The translations under genes and the position numbers were made by a program. Under the pieces are notes generated by a model, which saw only the letters and a list, made by a program, of their open reading frames with translations, made no database searches and was not told the DNA's origin. DNA of 32,000 nucleotides. Source: Halogeometricum borinquense DSM 11551. Lineage in GTDB: Archaea > Halobacteriota > Halobacteria > Halobacteriales > Haloferacaceae. Shown here piece by piece: positions 17,509 to 24,535 of this stretch (position 1 is the stretch's first letter; each line of letters begins with the position of its first letter). Where the stretch lies: positions 240,001-272,000 of the forward strand of contig NC_014731.1 of assembly GCF_000172995.2 (NCBI RefSeq), read 5' to 3'.

Positions 17509-18288
17509 ATGACTGAACAACCTCGTTCGAATCGCCCGGTAACGACGACGGAGTCATCGATCCAGATCTTAGAGCAATTAAAGGACAATCCGGGGCGCAC
17601 GCTCGATGAACTAACCGAGGAACTCGATTTGGCTCGCAGTACGATTCATCGGCATCTTCTCACGCTTGAGGACAATGATCTCCTTTTTAGAGAGAACGGA
17701 CAGTTCTATCTCAGTCTCTGGCTATTGGACTTCGGAATCAGCGCTCGCGACCGGATCTCGTTTTTCGATGTCGCCCGAAGGCAGGTCGATCGCTTAGCTG
17801 AGGAGACTGGGGAAAAAGTCTGGCTCGTTGCGAAGGAGCGAGACTACAGCGTGCACCTGTACAAAGCCTCGGGTGCAAGTCCGTTAGAGACATCTGCCCG
17901 TGTCGGTCAACGCCGGCATCTCCACCAACTTGCCGCCGGGAAGGCCATCTTGGCGTATCTTCCGGACGAAGAGAGCCACGGAATCATTGACCGGCAGGGA
18001 CTCATTGAAGCGACTGATCAGACGATTACTGATAGAGAAGCACTTCTTGAAGAGTTAGATGAAATTCGGGAGCGAGGCTATGCGTTCAACCTCGGTGAAT
18101 CGATTGAAGGACTGAATGCGGTTGGGGCACCGATTCGTGACGAAGAGGGCACGCCGGTCGGTGGAATCAGTATCTCTGGCCCCGCTAATCGTGTTAAAGG
18201 CAGTCTCTTGCGGGATGAACTCCCGGATAAACTACTCGCGACGATCGACGAGATACATATCAATATCCGGTATGGGAGTGCCGACTGA
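17509..18288 (+). CDS. IclR-family transcriptional regulator
   Basis: 259 aa, with an N-terminal wHTH (LDELTEELDLARSTIHRHLLTLEDNDLL) and a C-terminal IclR effector domain (AAGKAILAYL, ERGYAFN, GLNAVGAPI, GGISISGP). Confidence 0.9.
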   Translation: MTEQPRSNRPVTTTESSIQILEQLKDNPGRTLDELTEELDLARSTIHRHLLTLEDNDLLFRENGQFYLSLWLLDFGISARDRISFFDVARRQVDRLAEETGEKVWLVAKERDYSVHLYKASGASPLETSARVGQRRHLHQLAAGKAILAYLPDEESHGIIDRQGLIEATDQTITDREALLEELDEIRERGYAFNLGESIEGLNAVGAPIRDEEGTPVGGISISGPANRVKGSLLRDELPDKLLATIDEIHINIRYGSAD

Positions 18289-18362
18289 GACGCCGACGTA
18301 GCGTCGCCATCGATGCACTAGCTTTCGACCGAAGTACCAGCCGAAGTTGCTCTTTCACAATC

Positions 18363-18374
18363 TTATTTATTATT
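18363..18374 (+). promoter_or_regulatory. putative TATA-like box for npdG
   Basis: TTATTTATTATT is centred about 25 nt upstream of the ATG at 18393. Confidence 0.4.
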
Positions 18375-18392
18375 CTACCGGGTAGTCAGTGT

Positions 18393-19055
18393 ATGCGAAT
18401 CGCAATAGTCGGCGGTACTGGAGACTTCGGAGAAGGAATTGCAGTTCGACTCGGCGTACACACAGACCACGAGGTCGTCATCGGGTCTCGAACGGCGGAG
18501 AAAGCAGTTGAAGCGGCAGTCTCGTACGGCAACAACATTGACGATGAGAGCGCTGAACGCATCCACGGGGCGTCTAATTCCCGTGCCGCTAGTACCGCCG
18601 AGATCGTGATATTGGCGGTCCCCCCGTTCCATGTTAGGGACACGGTTCGTGACCTCTCCGAGCAATTAGAAGAGACGACTCTCGTTACGCCTGCTGTCGG
18701 TCTCACGAAAGACGAGACTGGCTTCCACTATCAGCCGCCAGACGAAGGGAGCGTCACCGAGTTAGTTGCTGATGCCGCGCCGGATGGGACGCCGGTCGTC
18801 GGCGCCTTCCATAACCTCCCGGCAGGGCAACTCGCCGACCTTGAGACGGACTTGGACGTTGATACCTTAGTCGTCGGCAACGACCCGGATGCGAGAGAAA
18901 TGATCGTGGAACTCGCAGAGGAGATTAACGGAGTCACCGCTCATGAGGCGGGACCGATAACGAATGCGCCGGAAATTGAGGGGATAACGCCACTGCTCAT
19001 CAATCTCGCTCAGTATAACGAACAGCTACATGATGTGGGTGCCAAATTTTGCTAG
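18393..19055 (+). CDS. npdG: NADPH-dependent F420 reductase (F420H2:NADP oxidoreductase)
   Basis: 220 aa. From memory, it is collinear with archaeal Fno/NpdG: MRIAIVGGTGDFGEGIAVRL...VVIGSR...ILAVP...AGP...ITPLLINL. Confidence 0.85.
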   Translation: MRIAIVGGTGDFGEGIAVRLGVHTDHEVVIGSRTAEKAVEAAVSYGNNIDDESAERIHGASNSRAASTAEIVILAVPPFHVRDTVRDLSEQLEETTLVTPAVGLTKDETGFHYQPPDEGSVTELVADAAPDGTPVVGAFHNLPAGQLADLETDLDVDTLVVGNDPDAREMIVELAEEINGVTAHEAGPITNAPEIEGITPLLINLAQYNEQLHDVGAKFC

Positions 19056-19290
19056 CGTCCTCTGACAACCGAGTCAATGGAACTGATCACTGATTTCGGC
19101 CAGTAGTATGAACGAAGAGGTAGTGTGGGTGATGGACGAAGAGTTAGCACGAGTCGAGTAACGCCTTTCGATTATCTCCGTATAATTGTTGGAACTTGTT
19201 GAACAGTTATTAATCGGATCTGCGCATATCGGCGTAACAACTCCGCTACACCGGATACGTGTTCGACAGATTACCCCTCGGACAGATACG

Positions 19291-19566
19291 TTACCGGCTA
19301 CCGAAGCAGGAGGTCGAACACTCTTCGGTACAGAATGCGTAGTCGCAGATCTCGCCGTTCGAATCGCGGACAGTGACGTTCCGGTACTGCGTCTTTTCTC
19401 CAATCACTTCTCCGCAGTAGTCGCACCGATGATCGGAAAGCCGTTCTAGTACTACTCGAATAGACCGGCTCTCAACGGTTACCGATGCTGGTTCTTGGGC
19501 CGCAAGTGGCTGTTCAGCGGCGGTCGTTTGCTGGTCTCGATACGTTTGCTTGTTGTGTGCGTTCAT
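19291..19566 (-). CDS. small Cys-rich putative zinc-binding protein (CxxC ... CxxxC, TRASH-like spacing)
   Basis: 91 aa. A disordered Gln/Thr/Ala-rich N-terminus is followed by HRCDYCGEVIGEKTQYRNVTVRDSNGEICDYAFCTEEC. No family assignment was possible by eye. Confidence 0.5.
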   Translation of the reverse strand: MNAHNKQTYRDQQTTAAEQPLAAQEPASVTVESRSIRVVLERLSDHRCDYCGEVIGEKTQYRNVTVRDSNGEICDYAFCTEECSTSCFGSR

Positions 19567-20376
19567 ATTGATGGTTGGATGGTTGTCGGGATTCGTGTGC
19601 AGACACTACGTGGTCGGGAACAGTTGATCCGGAACTCCATTGTTGGGGTGTTCCGGAACAAACCACAACTGACGTTTTCTACCTGCGCGTGGGTGTTTAC
19701 CCACACCGTGGCAGTCTACGCCAGTTTAAATGTGAAAAATGTGAAAAAAGTAAAAAAGGAAGCGAAGAGCTCAAGATCGGTCGCACGCCGGGACGATTGG
19801 CTTGAGTCACAAGCCATCGAGCCGATTCCCGAAGACATAGTGCTATCTCTCTAGTCCAGTATACTTAGTATTTGCGTGGTACTATATCGCATGCACTGGC
19901 CCTCCAGGTCCGTCGAGCCTGTTTGGTCTATGAACTGGACATGACATGAAACCAACTATCCTTTCGAATACAACCGCGAATAGAATTGTTTGACTCTCAC
20001 TATATTAATAGATGCAAATTAATACTACTTAGATTATCTGGGATATTTTTATTTTTGAGACGAGGAAGTCGCTATATCTAATTAATTTGGTGATTAAAGT
20101 TATCTATGATAATTTCGCCATAAATTGTCTATATTTATCTAATTTGTATATTCCTTTGATAGAGCTAAACTTAATTGGGGTATTGGAACTCATAGCTTGG
20201 AGTTTACTATTATGATTTCTATTCCGAGCTGTACAATCTATTTTAATACCATCTGCCTCTTTTGTTAGCTATATTGCTATATTTGAACAATACTATATTC
20301 CCGCAGTTGAGTGTTCACCATTGCGAGGATGATCCGAACGAGTTATATACTCCCACTCCCCTCGATTTGAGGGGAC

Positions 20377-21486
20377 ATGAACGACCTTCGAACCGGACTG
20401 AGCTACGGCGATGTGCTGTTAGTACCGAAACGGTCGCCGGTTGACAGTCGGGACGATGTTGACCTCTCGACCAACCTCACACCGTCTATCGAACTGAACA
20501 CTCCACTCGTCTCCGCAGCGATGGATACGGTTACAGAGGACGAGATGGGGATCGAACTCTCCCGTGAAGGTGGCTTCGGTGTGATACATAGATTCCTCGA
20601 TCCCGAAGAACAGGCTGCCCAAGTCAGAGCGGTTACTACCGCAGGCCAATCCGTCGGGGCTGCAGTCGGTATCAATGAAGACTTCGTAGAGCGCAGTACC
20701 GCATTAGTTGAAGCGGGTGTCGATGCTCTCGTCGTAGATGTCGCGCATGGACACCTCGAACGCACGCTGACAGCCGTTGAAACACTTGCTGACGAGTTCC
20801 CGGAAACCCCTCTGATTGCCGGCAATGTAGCGACACCCGCAGGCGTTGAAGACCTTGCAGCAGCCGGAGCAGATTGCGTCAAAGTCGGTATCGGTCCGGG
20901 GTCCCACTGCACTACTCGAAAGGTGGCTGGTGCTGGTGTCCCGCAACTGACTGCGATTGATGATTGTGCCTCAGTCGCTGATGAGTTGGGTGTCACTATC
21001 TGCGCAGACGGTGGGATACGGACGTCCGGAGACGCAGTGAAGGCGTTGATGGCGGGTGCTGATACCGTGATGCTGGGCAGTATCTTCGCTGGGACCGCAG
21101 AAGCACCTGGAGAAATCGTCGAAATCGACGGACACCAGTACAAACGCTCACGCGGAATGGCAACTACCGCCGCAGCTGAGGACCGCGATGACAAACATAA
21201 TAACGTCGATGCTGACGAAGGCGTTGAGGCTCTGACGCCCTACAAGGGGTCGCTAAGAGCAGTTGTAGAGGAATTTTGTGCTGGCATTCGTTCCGGCTTA
21301 TCATATTGTGGCGGATACACTATTCCCCAGGCGCGTGAAAACGCTGAGTTCATGCGTGTCGCACAAAGTGCGAAGGAACGCGAAGGGTTCCATGCAGACC
21401 AAGATTGGGAAGGTGTCAACCTTGATGCTGAAGTGTCTCAAATCGGCCAGTCTGTGACCGAAGCAGCCGCCAACAATAGTGACTGA
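20377..21486 (+). CDS. IMP dehydrogenase / GMP reductase family protein lacking the CBS (Bateman) insertion
   Basis: 369 aa. It has YGDVLLVP, the catalytic loop GIGPGSHCTTR and the phosphate-binding GGIRTSGD. The chain runs directly from GGFGVIHRF into the barrel without the roughly 120-aa CBS pair. Confidence 0.85.
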   Translation: MNDLRTGLSYGDVLLVPKRSPVDSRDDVDLSTNLTPSIELNTPLVSAAMDTVTEDEMGIELSREGGFGVIHRFLDPEEQAAQVRAVTTAGQSVGAAVGINEDFVERSTALVEAGVDALVVDVAHGHLERTLTAVETLADEFPETPLIAGNVATPAGVEDLAAAGADCVKVGIGPGSHCTTRKVAGAGVPQLTAIDDCASVADELGVTICADGGIRTSGDAVKALMAGADTVMLGSIFAGTAEAPGEIVEIDGHQYKRSRGMATTAAAEDRDDKHNNVDADEGVEALTPYKGSLRAVVEEFCAGIRSGLSYCGGYTIPQARENAEFMRVAQSAKEREGFHADQDWEGVNLDAEVSQIGQSVTEAAANNSD

Positions 21487-21647
21487 ACGGCTCTGTTGAA
21501 TACGGGTGCGGTCGGAATCTGAGTGATTAGCACCGGGTCGATAGCGGCGAGTCCGTGACCTTATTCTCAGAATTCACCGTACCGTGTTTGTGTTCATACG
21601 GTCGGGTTGTACGAGTACTTGATATCTATGGTGTATGCTAAGATGGG

Positions 21648-22868
21648 CTATTCCATCTCGCTAACTTGTTTGGCGATATGTTCGCCGAACGGCAGAGATG
21701 ATGTGAGCCCCGGCGACACCGCGTTGAGGACGTGAACTGCATCATCGGTTTCGATAGTCAGCGGGTCTTTGACGAGGTCCCCGTCGGCGCTCACGAGTTG
21801 CGCTCGAATCCCCGAATAGCTCTTGTTGAGGTCGTTCGATCTAATGCCCGGAACTAATCGCTGGGCGGCCTCGGTGAATTTGCTCTTGCGGTAGGACTTG
21901 TTTAGCTCCGACCAAGCGACAGCGAGCATCGTTTTCGAACTCAAGAGTTTCTGAAACCCATCATATGCGACTATGTCCTTGAGTTCCGACAGATCTGCGT
22001 CCGTGTTTTGGTATGCTTCTCGACCGAAAGCGAGAACGGCGTTTGGCCCGACGATCACTTTTCCGTCCGTTCGCCGTGTATAGTGTACTCCCAAAAACGG
22101 CAGTTCCGGGTCCGGTGTCGGATAGATCATGGTTTGGCAGACATCTGACCGATCCGGTGTCACCTCGTAGTACTCACCGCGGAACGGAATCATCTGGTAG
22201 TCTTCACCGACCCCAACTTGTTGTGCCAACGTGTCGGCGTGGAGGCCGGCAGCGTTCACCAGATGCGTGGCGTCTATCTCGCTATTGCTGGTTGTGAGGC
22301 GGTACCCGGATGTCTTCTTTCGCACTCGTTCAACCGCGTGTCCCGTGTAAAGCGAGACATCGTTCTGCTGGATTTCGCGTGCGAGCGCGTAGACGTACTG
22401 TTGAGAATCGACCGAGGCCGCCTCGGGTGCATACAACGCCGCCTGCCCTACCGCGTGTGGTTCGTGTTCCTGTATCTCTGCACAGGAGTCCAGACGTTCG
22501 TACTCGACGCCGTTTGCCTCCGCTTGTGAAGCTAACACGTCTAAATGCTCCTCTTCGTGGTCGGTCTTAGCGACGACGAGGACACCAAATTCCTCACACG
22601 GGATGTTGTGGTCGGCGCAGTACTGTTTCATCCGGCGTGTTCCTTCGGTCGCAAACTGTGCCTTCTTCGAGTTCGGTGGGTAGTTGAATCCGGGATGGAG
22701 AACACCGGAGTTACGGCCGCTTTGATGTTCTGCGAGGTGGTGTTCTTTTTCGAAGACGGCAATGTCGAGGTCAGTCAGCTCTGTGAGATGCTTCGCTGTT
22801 GATAGTCCGACACAGCCGCCACCGATGATGGCGACATCGTGGTGCTTCATTGCTAACTGCTCGCACAA
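21648..22868 (-). CDS. lhgO: L-2-hydroxyglutarate oxidase/dehydrogenase (FAD-dependent)
   Basis: 406 aa. From memory, it is collinear with E. coli LhgO: DVAIIGGGCVGLSTA, HQSGRNSGVLHPG, IPFRGEYYEV, PFLGVHYTRRTDGKVIVGPNAVLAF, SGIRAQLV, NAVSPGLTSS. An alternative start at 22850 (MKHHDVAIIGGG) is possible. Confidence 0.85.
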   Translation of the reverse strand: MCEQLAMKHHDVAIIGGGCVGLSTAKHLTELTDLDIAVFEKEHHLAEHQSGRNSGVLHPGFNYPPNSKKAQFATEGTRRMKQYCADHNIPCEEFGVLVVAKTDHEEEHLDVLASQAEANGVEYERLDSCAEIQEHEPHAVGQAALYAPEAASVDSQQYVYALAREIQQNDVSLYTGHAVERVRKKTSGYRLTTSNSEIDATHLVNAAGLHADTLAQQVGVGEDYQMIPFRGEYYEVTPDRSDVCQTMIYPTPDPELPFLGVHYTRRTDGKVIVGPNAVLAFGREAYQNTDADLSELKDIVAYDGFQKLLSSKTMLAVAWSELNKSYRKSKFTEAAQRLVPGIRSNDLNKSYSGIRAQLVSADGDLVKDPLTIETDDAVHVLNAVSPGLTSSLPFGEHIAKQVSEME

Positions 22869-22954
22869 TGACGCGACTCGGTGATATGTATGTCGCCATA
22901 GACACGATTTGCTCGTCCTTGGACTTTCGTCTCACGTCGCGGCGCTGGACCAAG

Positions 22955-22963
22955 ATTTATTAT
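22955..22963 (+). promoter_or_regulatory. putative TATA-like box for gcdH
   Basis: ATTTATTAT is centred about 28 nt upstream of the ATG at 22987. This supports the trimmed start. Confidence 0.4.
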
Positions 22964-22986
22964 CTGGTTCAAAGAACGGATACGTA

Positions 22987-24150
22987 ATGCTCGACTATGT
23001 GGACTTAGAGAGTAAGCTATCCAGCGAAGAACGAATGATCCGTGACTCGGTGCGCGAGTTCGTCCAGAACGAAGTCAAACCGGATATCGCCGACCATTAC
23101 GTCGAAGGGACATTTCCGACCGAGTTAATCACGGAGTTCGGTGAACTCGGACTGTACGCACCGAACCTTGAGGGCTATGGCCTTCCAAACGTCAGCGAGC
23201 GGGCGTACGGGCTGATCATGCAAGAACTGGAGGCCGGCGACTCGGGTCTTCGCTCGATGGCGAGCGTCCAAGGTGCGCTCGTCATGTACCCGATTCACGC
23301 ATTCGGGAGCGAAGCACAGAAAGACGAGTGGCTTCCGAAACTCGGTTCGGGCGAGGCGGTCGGATGCTTCGGTCTGACAGAACCGGAGCACGGGTCGAAT
23401 CCATCGGCCATGGAAACCTACGCCGAACGTGACGGCGACGAGTACGTGCTCAATGGATCGAAAACGTGGATCACGAACTCACCCATCTCGGATGTCGCGG
23501 TCGTCTGGGCACGTGACCGATCCAGCGAAGATACGCCGGTTCGAGGGTTCCTCGTCGAAACGGACCGCGATGGCGTCACGACGAACAAAATAGACGATAA
23601 GCTGTCGCTTCGCGCATCGATTACCGGCGAAATCGCCCTCCAGAACGTTCGCATTCCCACCGAGAATGTCCTTCCGAACGTCAAAGGCATGAAGGGACCA
23701 CTGTCCTGCTTGACGCAGGCACGATACGGAATTGCCTGGGGTGCTATCGGTGCTGCAAAGGACGCTTTCCGGGAGGCCCAAGACTACGCAACTGACCGGG
23801 AACAGTTCGGACAGCCAATCGGCGGATTCCAACTCCAGCAACAGAACCTCGCCGAGATGGCCACGCAGATCACGCTCGCGGAACTACTCGCGCACCGACT
23901 CGCTGAACTCAAAGAACAGGGGAACCTCCGGCCAGAACACGTTTCGATGGCCAAACGGAACAACGTGCGTATGGCTCGTAACCAAACTCGCGTCGCACGC
24001 GAGATGCTCGGCGGAAACGGCATTACGACCGACTACTCGCCGATGCGTCATATGGCTAATATGGAGACGGTGTACACCTACGAGGGTACTCACGACATCC
24101 ACACGCTCGTTCTCGGAAAAGACCTCACGGGCATCCCCGCGTTCGACTAA
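22987..24150 (+). CDS. gcdH: glutaryl-CoA dehydrogenase
   Basis: Trimmed from track ORF 22909..24150 to MLDYVDLES.... It shows long collinear identity blocks with human and bacterial GCDH as I remember them: GCFGLTEPEHGSNPSAMET, LNGSKTWITNSP, SLRASITGEI, ARYGIAWGAIGA, MLGGNGI, TYEGTHDIHTLVLG..TGIPAF. Confidence 0.92.
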   Translation: MLDYVDLESKLSSEERMIRDSVREFVQNEVKPDIADHYVEGTFPTELITEFGELGLYAPNLEGYGLPNVSERAYGLIMQELEAGDSGLRSMASVQGALVMYPIHAFGSEAQKDEWLPKLGSGEAVGCFGLTEPEHGSNPSAMETYAERDGDEYVLNGSKTWITNSPISDVAVVWARDRSSEDTPVRGFLVETDRDGVTTNKIDDKLSLRASITGEIALQNVRIPTENVLPNVKGMKGPLSCLTQARYGIAWGAIGAAKDAFREAQDYATDREQFGQPIGGFQLQQQNLAEMATQITLAELLAHRLAELKEQGNLRPEHVSMAKRNNVRMARNQTRVAREMLGGNGITTDYSPMRHMANMETVYTYEGTHDIHTLVLGKDLTGIPAFD

Positions 24151-24220
24151 AGTCACAGCGAACAATCTGTACGCCGACGGTTTTCTGCTGCTGTTCTCGA
24201 CTTCGATTCCCACCCCATCG

Positions 24221-24229
24221 TTTATTATA
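24221..24229 (+). promoter_or_regulatory. putative TATA-like box immediately upstream of the GTACC repeat tract
   Basis: TTTATTATA is nearly the same as the box upstream of gcdH. It lies about 40 nt before the repeat. The downstream CoA-transferase ATG (24536) has no AT-rich box within 40 nt. Confidence 0.3.
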
Positions 24230-24267
24230 CACTGCGAAAATGTTCAATCAGCGACTTCGGGCCAGCC

Positions 24268-24379
24268 ACCGTACCGTACCGTACCGTACCGTACCGTACC
24301 GTACCGTACCGTACCGTACCGTACCGTACCGTACCGTACCGTACCGTACCGTACCGTACCGTACCGTACCGTACCGTAC
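24268..24379. repeat. perfect pentanucleotide microsatellite (GTACC)n, 21 full units plus partial units at both ends (112 nt)
   Basis: Read directly from the sequence: acc(gtacc)x21 gtac with no interruption. It lies in the intergenic spacer between gcdH and the CoA-transferase gene. Confidence 0.97.
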
Positions 24380-24535
24380 TGGCCTCCTCAGCGATAGCGA
24401 ACGGACAATGTTCCCAATCGGCAACTAGTATGCAGACAATGTGCAGATTTGCGACGGTGACGACACTGTCACCATCGACTTCCGAACTGAATCGGCAGCC
24501 GACTACCCCCTCTCGGCGGATGGCTGGAGGCAGTC

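Noticed and set aside
19074-19403. 109-aa minus-strand ORF overlapping the 3' end of the small Cys-rich gene
   Set aside because: It has a Ser/Thr/Arg-rich shadow-frame composition. It overlaps the better-supported 19291..19566 ORF in another frame and extends into a convergent terminator region.
19960-20300. The AT-rich island as a replication origin (DNA unwinding element)
   Set aside because: I could not find ORB-like repeats (TTCCA...TGGAA cores with G-strings) flanking it, and there is no orc/cdc6 gene anywhere in the window.
22909-22986. 26-codon upstream extension of gcdH
   Set aside because: The extension covers the TTTATTAT box. The similarity to GCDH that I recognise begins after the internal ATG at 22987.
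24268-24379. The tandem repeat as a CRISPR array or a coding repeat domain
   Set aside because: The unit is only 5 nt with no spacers, and there are no cas genes in the window. It is a microsatellite, not CRISPR.
24240-24428. 62-aa ORF encoding a (RTVPY)n repeat peptide across the microsatellite. The tail of track ORF 23732..24397 has the same feature.
   Set aside because: Any 5-nt repeat is automatically stop-free and gives a 5-aa periodic peptide in every frame. The ATG is only about 15 nt from the centre of the upstream TATA-like box, and the flanks have no coding character. I treat it as an artefact of the repeat.
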